DNA from: Longimicrobiales bacterium
GTDB lineage: Bacteria > Gemmatimonadota > Gemmatimonadetes > Longimicrobiales > Gaopeijiaceae
Reading direction: 5' to 3'
Assembly: GCA_965202805.1 (NCBI GenBank)
Contig: OZ241869.1
Location: 2,976,001-3,040,000 of the forward strand
DNA: 64,000 bases
Shown: in pieces, positions 8,089 to 17,228 of the stretch
Layout of the letters: each line of letters starts with the position of its first letter
Position numbering within the stretch: the first letter of the stretch is position 1
Program-made: the position numbers and the translations under genes
Notes under the pieces: generated by a model
What the model was told of the DNA's origin: nothing
The model's database searches: none
What the model saw: only the letters and a program-made list of their open reading frames with translations

Positions 8089-10542
8089 TCAGTTCCCCGC
8101 CGGCGAGGCAACGGCCTCGGGCGCCACCAGCGACGAGCGGAAGGCCGGGCTCTCCACCACGCCAAGGACGAACGAGGAGAACCGGTAGTCCGTGTCCGCC
8201 GCCTGGTGCACGATCCTGCGCACGGTCGGCATGTCGTAGTACTCGACGCGTCGGCCGAGGCCGTACGCCATGAGGTTTTCGGTAAAGATGCGGTAGAACA
8301 CCTCCGGGCGCTTCAGCAGCGCGTTGCGAAGGTCGGCCGGGCCCGTGAGCAGCGTGCCGTCGTAGAGCTCTCCGGCCGGATCCACGGGGTTGCCCTCGTC
8401 CCTGATCCGCCACGCCCCGGTCACGTCGAAGTTCTCGAGCGCCAGCCCCACCGGGTCGATCAGCTGGTGGCAGGACATGCACACCGGGTTGGCGCGGTGG
8501 ATCTCCATGCGCTCGCGCACGGTGAGGAAGCGGCCGTCGTCCGCGCCCTCGGTTTCCTCGAAGGCGGGCACGTCGGGGGGAGGAGGCGGAGGCGGGGTTC
8601 CGAGCAGCACCTCCAGCACCCACTTGCCGCGCAGCACCGGCGAGGTGCGGTCGGCGTGCGAGGTCATGGTCAGCACGCTGCCGTGGCCGAGGATGCCGCG
8701 CCGGTTGTCGTCAGGGTATTGGACTCGCCGGAACTCCGGCCCGGTGACGCCCGCGATGCCGTAGTGCCGGGCCAGCCTCTCGTTGACAAAGGTGTAGTCC
8801 GCGGTCAGGAGTTCGCGCACAGGCCGATCCTCGGTGGCCATGTTCGCGAACAGCAGCTCGGTCTCACGGTGCATCGCGTCCGCGAGGGTCCCATCGAAAT
8901 AGGGGTAGGAGAGCGCGTCCGGATCGATCTTCTCGAGATCCTGAAGCCTCAGCCACTGGGCGCCGAAGCGCCGGGCGAGTCCTTCCGCGGCGCGCGTGTC
9001 GGCCAGCATGCGCCGCGCGTGCCGCAGGAGCCCGTCGGGGTCTGAAAGTTCGCCCCGCGCCGCGGCCCCTATGAGCTGCTGGTCCGGGGGAGCTCCCCAC
9101 AGGAAGAAGGAGAGGCGCGAGGCCAGGTCGGCGTCGGTGATCGAATAGGCGGTTCCGGCAGTGGCGCCGGGCGCCCGCTCCATGCGGAAGAGGAAGTGCG
9201 GGCTGGCAAGAATCGCCTGCAGCGCCAACTGCACGCCGCCTTCAAAGCCGCGCTCCGCCTCGGCCTGGTCGTAGAAGGACATCAGCCCCTCGAGGTCCCC
9301 CTGGTTGACGGGCCGGCGATAGGCCTTGCCCGCGAGGCGGGAAACGATGTTCTCCGCGCAGGGCCGCGCCTCTTCGCGGGAGGTGGGGCGACAGGTGAAG
9401 ATGAGCTGCCGCGTGGGCGTCTCGGACACGCCGGTCACCTCGTACGGGCCCAGGACCGAGAGCCGCTGCAGGTGCGGCATGGTGGTCACCCCGTACCCGA
9501 TCCCGATCTGCCCGTCCGCCAGCGTATGGTCGATGGGGCGGATCAGGTCGTCCAGCTCGCCCTCGAAGCGCCTCAGGAAGGCGGCGGTCACGCGGCGGGG
9601 GCCGGCGCGCACGTAGATGGAGTCGGTGAGCACGTTCAGCCCGGTCGGCTCCGACTCCGACATCCACCGGTCGATGGTGACCAGCGCCACGCGCTGGCCG
9701 TCGATGGAGACCTCCATCTGCTCGTTGCCGAAGGTGCGCCCGAAGACCTCGCCCTCCACCGCCGGATACGGCTGGATGTGGAAGACGTACTTGCCGTCGG
9801 CCGGGAAGTTGTGAATCACCGAGACGCCGCCCCGGGTGCCGAAGGGCGCTCCCTCCACGCGGTCCTTCTGGGAGGTCGTGCGCGGCAGCCGGTAGCGAAT
9901 CGAGTTGGGTTCCGCGTCCGGGTCGCCCACCGCCACCCGGCTGATGTAGTTGGCCGCGCGCAGGTACCCCTCCATGAGGGTGGCGGAGGGAGCCTGCACG
10001 TCGGCGATGTTGTCGAAGTTGGCGCTGCGGGTATCGAGGGGCAGGAACTCGCCGACATCGACCCGAAGGCCGAGCAGGTCTTCGACCGCGTTGGCGTACT
10101 CGGCGCGATTCAGGCGCTGGAAGGTGCGGAATCCGGGGTTCGGGTTCTGCGCCCAGGCTTCGTCCACCCGGGTCTCGAGTTCCTCGGCCAGGGCCTGGAG
10201 CGTATCTCCCGCCGGCCTCGGGAATCCCTGCGGGGGCATCATGCCGGCGCGCAGCTTGCGGATCATCCGTTCCGCGGTTTCCGCCATTTCCGGGGCCGAC
10301 TCCACCTCGAAGGCCTGGAACGAGACGTTGCCGGTCATGAGGGCGTCGTTGTGGCAGACCTGGCAGTACATGCGGATGACGCCGGTGAGCGACTCGGCGT
10401 GCTCCGGACCACCCATCTCCGTACTCCCGGCGACCGGGATGGACGGTGTGTCAACGGGGCCAACGGGAGCGGGCTCGGCGGGTCGGTCCGCGAGTACGAG
10501 AAGCAACCCGAGCGTGGTGAGCGCGGCGGGAAGAGAGTTCAT
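8089..10542 (-). CDS. DUF1592-family (DUF1587/1595/1592/1588/1585) cytochrome c-like protein
   Basis: CQVCH and CMSCH haem motifs; RLNRAEYAN, LASRLSFFLW, TSPVLRGKWV, GLALENFD. Confidence 0.9.
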   Translation of the reverse strand: MNSLPAALTTLGLLLVLADRPAEPAPVGPVDTPSIPVAGSTEMGGPEHAESLTGVIRMYCQVCHNDALMTGNVSFQAFEVESAPEMAETAERMIRKLRAGMMPPQGFPRPAGDTLQALAEELETRVDEAWAQNPNPGFRTFQRLNRAEYANAVEDLLGLRVDVGEFLPLDTRSANFDNIADVQAPSATLMEGYLRAANYISRVAVGDPDAEPNSIRYRLPRTTSQKDRVEGAPFGTRGGVSVIHNFPADGKYVFHIQPYPAVEGEVFGRTFGNEQMEVSIDGQRVALVTIDRWMSESEPTGLNVLTDSIYVRAGPRRVTAAFLRRFEGELDDLIRPIDHTLADGQIGIGYGVTTMPHLQRLSVLGPYEVTGVSETPTRQLIFTCRPTSREEARPCAENIVSRLAGKAYRRPVNQGDLEGLMSFYDQAEAERGFEGGVQLALQAILASPHFLFRMERAPGATAGTAYSITDADLASRLSFFLWGAPPDQQLIGAAARGELSDPDGLLRHARRMLADTRAAEGLARRFGAQWLRLQDLEKIDPDALSYPYFDGTLADAMHRETELLFANMATEDRPVRELLTADYTFVNERLARHYGIAGVTGPEFRRVQYPDDNRRGILGHGSVLTMTSHADRTSPVLRGKWVLEVLLGTPPPPPPPDVPAFEETEGADDGRFLTVRERMEIHRANPVCMSCHQLIDPVGLALENFDVTGAWRIRDEGNPVDPAGELYDGTLLTGPADLRNALLKRPEVFYRIFTENLMAYGLGRRVEYYDMPTVRRIVHQAADTDYRFSSFVLGVVESPAFRSSLVAPEAVASPAGN

Positions 10543-10756
10543 GCGGGCCTCACGCTGCTGTAACCGGGAGAGGGGCGTTTCGACGGCCCCAAAGGCCATT
10601 CGCCTGCCCCGGATTTTGCCTCAACTTCAAAGAACCATAAGAATAGCCTTCGCCCCTCGGACACGCTAGGGCGGATGAGCGCTGAACCCGGGGACCGCCG
10701 GGCCCTCGATTCAGGCTCGGGATCGACGTGTTTCCCGCAACCGTTCCAGGCATCGG

Positions 10757-11320
10757 ATGACACTCTACCCTGCGATCGTTCAGATGCTCGGCGGGGCCTC
10801 CCTCGCCGGCGCTGCGGCCTCCCTGGCGCTCCTGGCGGGGCTCATGATGCCGGCTGGCCGCACGTGGCTGCGCACCTCGCTCGCGGGCTACGAACGCCAC
10901 GTGATCGGCTGGGCCTGGACCATCGCCTTCATCGCGACTGCCGGCAGCCTGTACTTCTCCGAAATGGTCGGCTTCGTGCCGTGCCCCTTCTGCTGGTACC
11001 AGAGGTTCGCCATGTACCCGCTGGTGCTGGTGCTCGGAGTGGGGCTGGCACGCGCGCACGCCGGCATCTGGCGTTTCGCGCTGCCGCTGCCCGCGGCCGG
11101 TCTGGCCATCGCCGCGTACCACGTCGCGCTCCAGTTCCAGCCGACGCTGGACCTCGTGCCCTGCGAGGGCGGGGTACCCTGCTCGGGGCGCTACGTGGCG
11201 GTCTTCGGGTTCATCTCCATACCCGCCATGGCGGGCGCGGCCTTCTTGATGATCACCGCGCTCCTGCTGCTGCTCCGGCAGTTGGAGAGGGCGGACGCCG
11301 CGAGCGCCCGACGAGACTGA
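10757..11320 (+). CDS. dsbB: Disulfide bond formation protein B (DsbB/BdbC-like)
   Basis: GSLYFSE..PCPFCWYQRF; second Cys pair CEGGVPC; several TM segments. Confidence 0.9.
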   Translation: MTLYPAIVQMLGGASLAGAAASLALLAGLMMPAGRTWLRTSLAGYERHVIGWAWTIAFIATAGSLYFSEMVGFVPCPFCWYQRFAMYPLVLVLGVGLARAHAGIWRFALPLPAAGLAIAAYHVALQFQPTLDLVPCEGGVPCSGRYVAVFGFISIPAMAGAAFLMITALLLLLRQLERADAASARRD

Positions 11321-11331
11321 CCAAGCCCCGA

Positions 11332-11358
11332 TTTGCGTAAATTGCGTATTTTACGTAA
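11332..11358. repeat. AT-rich 9-bp tandem repeat x3
   Basis: TTTGCGTAA ATTGCGTAT TTTACGTAA. Confidence 0.7.
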
Positions 11359-11375
11359 TCGGCTGCCCGGATCGT

Positions 11376-12533
11376 CTACCGGCCGGCGCGCCCGCTCCGG
11401 TGCCAGGCCGCGAGCACCTCGGCCTCGTGCTCCGGGGTGGTCCCGGCGCGCAGATTGGCCTGGCGCCCGGGTGGCCGGGAGAAATGATACTCGAGCGTGT
11501 CCCGCGCCGTCTCCGCCAGCGGGCGGAAGGTGAGGCCGGCCTCCACCTCCGGCGTCAGGTCGAAGCGCGCGAAGCCCTCGAATCCGGGGACCGGCGGCCG
11601 CCACACCGGCATCTCCCGGTACGGGCGCATCCCCCTCTCGATGAGGAAGTCGGTGTCGACCCAGGTGAACGTGGTCTCCGCCGCCGTCACCGCGCGAATG
11701 CCGTAGAGCAGCTCCGTCATGGGCCGGGGCGTGGCCGGCCCGATGCCGTTGTACTCTCCCGTGTGACCGGTTTCCGCCATGCGGATCATCCACTCGGTGA
11801 GGTCGCGCACGTCGATGATCTGCACGGTATCGGAGCCGTCGCCCGGGGCCAGCACCTCGCCGCCCCGGTGGATGCGCACCGGCCAGTAGGTGAAGCGGTC
11901 GGTCTCGTCCTGCGGGCCGATGATGAGCCCGGGGCGCACGATGTTGGCGCGGTCGCCGAAGACCCGCTGCGCCTCCCGCTCCGAGAGCGCCTTGGCGAGC
12001 CCGTAGGGAAGGTTCTCCGAACCCGGTTCGATGCCTGCGGTCTCGTAGGTGAAGGTCGGGGCGTCCGACGTCATCGGCACCCGGCTGAGGTCCGAATACG
12101 CCGAGCGTGAGGACACGTAGAAGTAGCGGTCCACGGTGTCGCGCAGGAACTCGGCGGAGAGGCGCACCCAGTCGGGGTTTGATCGCGAATTGTCGATCAC
12201 CACGTCCCAGGTGTGACCCCTGAGCGCGTCCAGCTGGCCGTTGCGGTCCCCGATCAGGGTCTCCACCTCCGGAAACATCCCGGGATTGGAACGCCCGCGG
12301 TTGAAGAGCGTAACCGAGTGACCGCGGGACAGGGCGTAGCGCACCTGGAAGGGACCGATGAAGCCGGTGCCTCCGAGGATGAGGATGCGCAGTGCGCGCG
12401 GCGCTTCCTGTGGTGGCGCAGGCCCGCGCGCGGGGCCCGGATGCGGCAGCGCGGCTGCGGGCACGGCACCCAGTCCCAGCGCGGCTCCCGCCGCCGCGGA
12501 CATCTTCAGAAACTCTCTTCGATCGGCAGGCAT
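11376..12533 (-). CDS. NAD-dependent epimerase/isoflavone reductase-like SDR, Tat-exported
   Basis: DRREFLK Tat signal; ILGGTGFIG; YGLAK (YxxxK). Confidence 0.88.
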   Translation of the reverse strand: MPADRREFLKMSAAAGAALGLGAVPAAALPHPGPARGPAPPQEAPRALRILILGGTGFIGPFQVRYALSRGHSVTLFNRGRSNPGMFPEVETLIGDRNGQLDALRGHTWDVVIDNSRSNPDWVRLSAEFLRDTVDRYFYVSSRSAYSDLSRVPMTSDAPTFTYETAGIEPGSENLPYGLAKALSEREAQRVFGDRANIVRPGLIIGPQDETDRFTYWPVRIHRGGEVLAPGDGSDTVQIIDVRDLTEWMIRMAETGHTGEYNGIGPATPRPMTELLYGIRAVTAAETTFTWVDTDFLIERGMRPYREMPVWRPPVPGFEGFARFDLTPEVEAGLTFRPLAETARDTLEYHFSRPPGRQANLRAGTTPEHEAEVLAAWHRSGRAGR

Positions 12534-12693
12534 GAACGCTCCTCCATGCGGGTCGGGCTCCGCGGCGACGCCTCCCCGGGAACTGGCCGCTCGCACGCGG
12601 TGGTCTCACTTTGGTGCAGCCTCCCTACCCTAACCTCCGCTTGTCAGGCAAGCGAGCACCGGCCCGCGCGATGCCCCTCCCCCATCCGGCTTC

Positions 12694-14451
12694 ATGAAGG
12701 CGACCGCGCCGGGGGGGCCCGGGACCGCGCCCCATGAGGGAAGGATCTCCCACGCCGACCGGATGACCGTGTACCTGGCCATCCTGCTCGCGCTGCTGCT
12801 CGGCGCCCTCGACCAGACCATCGTGGCCACGGCGCTTCCCAGGATCGTGGAGGACCTGGCCGGGGTGGAGCGCTACACCTGGGTGACGACCATGTACCTG
12901 CTGGCGTCGACCTCGCTGGCGCTGGTCTACGGCAAGCTGGCCGACACCTATGCGCGCAAGCATGTGACGCTGGCGGCCGTGGGTCTCTTCCTGGGCGGCT
13001 CGGTCGCCTGCGGCCTGGCGGGAATCGCGGGGCCGCTCCCGCTGCTCGGCGACGGCATGAGCCAGCTTGTGATCTCCCGGGGCGTCCAGGGGATGGGCGC
13101 GGGAGGGATCTTCGCCATGACCTTCATCGTCATCGCGGATCTCTTCACTCCGGCCGAGCGGGGCAAGTACCAGGGATATGTGGGCGCGGTGTTCGGCGTC
13201 TCCTCGGTGATGGGCCCCCTGCTGGGCGGACTGCTCACGGACCACGCGGGGAGCTGGATGCCCGGGATCGCCGGCTGGCGCTGGGTCTTTCTGGTCAACA
13301 TGCCCATCGGAGGGATCGCGCTGTGGCACATCCTGCGCCGGATGCCGCTCCTGGAGGCGCCCCCGGGAGCGACGCGCCCGGATTTCGCCGGGGCGGGCCT
13401 TCTGGTCGGCGGTCTGGTGCCGCTGGTGCTCGGGCTGCAGATCGACAAGCAGGCCAGCCCCTGGCTTCCGTGGCTGGCTTCGGCCCCGGCGGCGGAGGGG
13501 GTGGTCGCGTCCGGCGGGTGGCAGCTGTGGGCGACGCCCGGCCTGCTGGCGGTGTCGGCGATTCTGCTGGTGGCGTTCGTGCGCCGCTCGCGGGCCGTGG
13601 AGGGCCCGATCCTCGAGCCCCGGCTGTTCTCCGAGCCCGTCTTTCGCCGGGCTACCCTGGCCACGTTCTTCTTCGGCGCCGCCTTCATCTCCATCAACAT
13701 CTTCGTCCCGCTCTTCCTCGTCTCGACGAGGGGGGTCTCCGCCACGGAAGCGGGCCTGGTGCTGATCCCGTTCTCGCTCGGAATCGTGATCTCGGCCACC
13801 CTTGCCGGACAGGTCGCCAGCCGCATCGGCTACCGGCGCCAGATCGTCGCCGGCACGGCGGTGTTCTTCCTGGGCGCGGTGCTGCTGGCGCGCATGGATC
13901 CTTCCACGGCGTACTGGCAGGTCTACCTGTGCACGATACTCTGCGGCCTCGGAGCCGGGCCCGGGATGCCCCTCTTCACCCTGGCCATCCAGAACGCCAC
14001 CGACGTACGCTTCGTCGGGCAGGCGACCAGCGCCTCCCAGTTCTTCCGCCAGACCGGAGCGACCATGGGGGCGGCGGCCATGGGTGCGGTCCTGACCTTT
14101 ACGCTGGCGGCCACGTTCTCCACGCTGGATGCGGAGTTGCGGGATCGGACCCGTGGGAGGGTCAGCGCGCAGGCCTATGTGTCGAGGGGAGGTGTTGGCC
14201 TGCCGGAGGCCATTCTCGCGGCCTTCGAGGAGAGGGCCGGGGAGGCGGACAGCCCGGACGGAGCGGTCGCGTTGCGCGCGGAGGGCCGCGCCGTGGCCCG
14301 GGAGTCGACGGACCGGGTGCGGCTGGCCTTCACCCGCGCCTCCCACCGGATCTACTGGCTGACCGCGTTCCTTGCGCTCATGGCCGGGGTGCTGGCGGCG
14401 CGCATCCCGGAGATTCCGCTGCGGCGCACGCACGACCGGGCGCAGGCATGA
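12694..14451 (+). CDS. MFS drug efflux transporter (DHA2, 14 TM)
   Basis: ALDQTIVATALP, GKLADTY, WRWVFLVNMPIG; exact start uncertain. Confidence 0.9.
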   Translation: MKATAPGGPGTAPHEGRISHADRMTVYLAILLALLLGALDQTIVATALPRIVEDLAGVERYTWVTTMYLLASTSLALVYGKLADTYARKHVTLAAVGLFLGGSVACGLAGIAGPLPLLGDGMSQLVISRGVQGMGAGGIFAMTFIVIADLFTPAERGKYQGYVGAVFGVSSVMGPLLGGLLTDHAGSWMPGIAGWRWVFLVNMPIGGIALWHILRRMPLLEAPPGATRPDFAGAGLLVGGLVPLVLGLQIDKQASPWLPWLASAPAAEGVVASGGWQLWATPGLLAVSAILLVAFVRRSRAVEGPILEPRLFSEPVFRRATLATFFFGAAFISINIFVPLFLVSTRGVSATEAGLVLIPFSLGIVISATLAGQVASRIGYRRQIVAGTAVFFLGAVLLARMDPSTAYWQVYLCTILCGLGAGPGMPLFTLAIQNATDVRFVGQATSASQFFRQTGATMGAAAMGAVLTFTLAATFSTLDAELRDRTRGRVSAQAYVSRGGVGLPEAILAAFEERAGEADSPDGAVALRAEGRAVARESTDRVRLAFTRASHRIYWLTAFLALMAGVLAARIPEIPLRRTHDRAQA

Positions 14452-14483
14452 GGGGCAGGTATGAGGACAGGAAAGGAGGCTGA

Positions 14484-14531
14484 ATCATGAAGCGATGCGC
14501 AGCAGGGATCATGAAGCGATGCGCAACATGG
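14484..14531 (+). repeat. 24-bp tandem duplication over the start codon
   Basis: ATCATGAAGCGATGCGCAGCAGGG followed by ATCATGAAGCGATGCGCAACATGG. Confidence 0.8.
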
Positions 14532-17075
14532 GCTAGGGGCGGCTGGCCGGCGCCTCGCCGCTCTCGGTGCTCGGGCGGATTCCTCCACGGACTGCCAGGG
14601 TGGGCCGGAATATTCCTGGTCCTGGCGCTGGCACCGGCGCCGGGCTCCACCCAGTGGACCAACCGCTATCCCAGGGTGGAGGGCTACGGGCACCAGATCT
14701 ACCTGGAGGGCTACGAAATGCCCACCCTCACCAACGGGCCCATCGATCCGGCGGCCTCGCCGGACGGAACCCGCCTGGCCTTCGCGTCGCACGGCTGGAT
14801 CTGGGTGATGGACCTGGTGGACGGGGGCGCGCGCCGGCTGACCTCGGGCGGCGAGATGGACGCGCGCCCGGCGTGGTCTCCCGACGGGGCCCGCATCGCG
14901 TTCGTGCGCGACGACACGCGCGACACCTGGATCGTGGTGGTGGACGCCGCGACCGGGGCGGAGGTGCTGCGGGAGAACACGCCCGCGATCGAGCTCGACC
15001 CGGCCTTTTCCCCCGATGGCGGCCGGCTCTATTTCGCGTCCGCGTCGGCCGGGACCATCGACCTGTGGGCGCTCGAGCTCGCGAGCGGGGAGAAGAGCCC
15101 GGTCACCGACGTCAGGGGGATCGAGCTGAAGCCGCAGCCGGGCGCGGGCGCCCTGGTGTACCTCGCCAAGGGCGGCGGAGGCGGCGACCGCGTGCTGGTG
15201 CGGGAGCTGGACGCTTCCGGGGCGCCGGCGGGATCCGGGCCGCGCACGCTGCTCGAGGGCAGCATCGCCTCCATGGCGCGTCCGGCGCTCAGCCCGGACG
15301 GGTCGACGGTCGCGGTAAACTGGCCCACCCAGACGGGGTGGGAGCTGCGGCTCGTGAACGTGGACGACCCGGCGGGGTCGATTCTGCTGGTCGGGCCTCC
15401 GGCCACGGGTGGCGGCACGCCGCTCACCCCCGCGTGGAGCCGGCCGGCCGGCGAGTGGGTGTACTTCTCGCGCGGGGACGGCAACCGGCCGATGCGGCTC
15501 TACCGGGTGGCCGCCGCGGGCGGGCCGGCCGAGGAGGTCGTGGTGCGCACCTGGGACTGGGGGGTCGAGACGGGCACGCTGAGGGTGCGCACCACCCTTG
15601 AGGAAGGGGGCCCGCCCGCGGCCGCCCGCCTGGACGTGGTCGACGCGACCGGCCACCCGGCCGTCCCGGCCGGCTCGCGGCCCTGGTTCGACGGCCAGAG
15701 CGGGCGGGTGTACGCCTACTCGCCGGGGATCGCGGAGTTCACGGTGCCGGCCGGGAGCGCCACCGTGGCGGCCGTGCAGGGGCTCGCGACCCCCGAGGTC
15801 GCCCGCACGGTCGAGGTCGCGGCCGGCCGGACCACCGAGGTGGAGGTGACGCTCACCCCCGTCTGGGACGCACGGGCCGCGGGATGGGTGTCGGGGGAGC
15901 ACCACTTCCACCTGAACTACGGGGGCCCCTACGACCTGGCCCCGGCCGACCTGGTGCCGATGATGCGGGGGGAGGCGCTCGACGTCGCCACCCCGCTGCT
16001 CGCCAACCTGCACAACCGCTTCGAGGACCAGGACCTCTGGGGGTGGGAGCGGGCGGGCGAGGGACCGCTCATCCGCTTCGGCCAGGAGGTGCGCTCGCAC
16101 TTCCTCGGCCACGTGGGGCTGATCGACATCGGCGACTTCTTCTGGCCGTGGGTGTGGGGCCCCGGCTACCAGGTCTACGGCACCGACGACCGCGAGAACG
16201 CGGAGGCGCTGGGCCACGCCCGCTCGCGCGGCGGCTTCGGGTACTACGTGCACCCGGTGAGCGCGCGCGCGGCCGAGCGCGCCCGGCCGTGGTCGGAGGT
16301 TCCCTTCGGGGACCTCGCCCCCAGCGTGCCCGTCGAACTGGTGGCGGACGCGGTGCTGGGAGACCTGGACGCGCTGGAGGTGGTCTGCCTGTGGAGCGAC
16401 GAGACCACCACCACCCAGGTGTGGCACCGCTTCCTCAACCTGGGCATTCCGGTGGCGCCCAGCGCCGGTACCGACGTGATGAACAACTTCTTCCGCACCA
16501 TGGCGGTGGGGACCACGAGGGTGTACGCGATGACCGGCGGCCTGCTCAACTGGCCGGCCTACATGGCGGCGCTCCGCGAGGGCCGCACCTTCGTCACCAA
16601 CGGTCCCTTTCCGGACTTCCGGCTGGAAGGCACGGGGCCGGGCGGGGTGGTGGCATCCGGATCCGCCGCCTGGACGCTCGATCTCGGTTCCGCGGGTGCC
16701 GTCGAGCGCGTGGAGGTGCTCGTCAACGGAGAGGTGGCCTGGGAGTCCGCAGGACTCGATGGGCCGGGCCTGCGGCGATACGAAGGAACGCTCGACCTCC
16801 CGGGGGGCGGATGGGTTGCGGTGCGCGCGGTGGGCGGGAACACGGAATGGCCATCGATGGCCAGCTACCCGTTTGCCCACACCGCACCGATCTGGATCGG
16901 GGAGACGGGAAGCACGGAGCCCGGCGCCAGAATGCGCGCTGCCCGTGAACTCGCGGAAGTGCTCCGGGTCGCCCGAAACCGTCTGGTCATCGGCTACGGA
17001 GACGCCGACATCCCGAACCTGCTGGCCCGTTTCGACCGGGCGAGGACGCAACTGGAGGAGTGGGCCCGTCCCTAG
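14487..17075 (+). CDS. TolB/PD40-repeat protein fused to CehA/McbA-like PHP metallohydrolase
   Basis: PAWSPDG repeats; WVSGEHHFHLNY, GQEVRS, YVHP, AGTD, GRTFVTNGP. Confidence 0.8.
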   Translation: MKRCAAGIMKRCATWARGGWPAPRRSRCSGGFLHGLPGWAGIFLVLALAPAPGSTQWTNRYPRVEGYGHQIYLEGYEMPTLTNGPIDPAASPDGTRLAFASHGWIWVMDLVDGGARRLTSGGEMDARPAWSPDGARIAFVRDDTRDTWIVVVDAATGAEVLRENTPAIELDPAFSPDGGRLYFASASAGTIDLWALELASGEKSPVTDVRGIELKPQPGAGALVYLAKGGGGGDRVLVRELDASGAPAGSGPRTLLEGSIASMARPALSPDGSTVAVNWPTQTGWELRLVNVDDPAGSILLVGPPATGGGTPLTPAWSRPAGEWVYFSRGDGNRPMRLYRVAAAGGPAEEVVVRTWDWGVETGTLRVRTTLEEGGPPAAARLDVVDATGHPAVPAGSRPWFDGQSGRVYAYSPGIAEFTVPAGSATVAAVQGLATPEVARTVEVAAGRTTEVEVTLTPVWDARAAGWVSGEHHFHLNYGGPYDLAPADLVPMMRGEALDVATPLLANLHNRFEDQDLWGWERAGEGPLIRFGQEVRSHFLGHVGLIDIGDFFWPWVWGPGYQVYGTDDRENAEALGHARSRGGFGYYVHPVSARAAERARPWSEVPFGDLAPSVPVELVADAVLGDLDALEVVCLWSDETTTTQVWHRFLNLGIPVAPSAGTDVMNNFFRTMAVGTTRVYAMTGGLLNWPAYMAALREGRTFVTNGPFPDFRLEGTGPGGVVASGSAAWTLDLGSAGAVERVEVLVNGEVAWESAGLDGPGLRRYEGTLDLPGGGWVAVRAVGGNTEWPSMASYPFAHTAPIWIGETGSTEPGARMRAARELAEVLRVARNRLVIGYGDADIPNLLARFDRARTQLEEWARP

Positions 17076-17228
17076 CCGCCCGGACAGGCCACAGGTTACT
17101 ATAGCCCGTCATTGACGGGGCTCCCCATTTTGCGACTAATCCCGCAGATTCAGCGACAGAACCCGACCGGAAATGCGAATGCGCGTTTCTCAGGACGCCT
17201 TGGGCATCCTCATGAGGAGGAGGGATCG

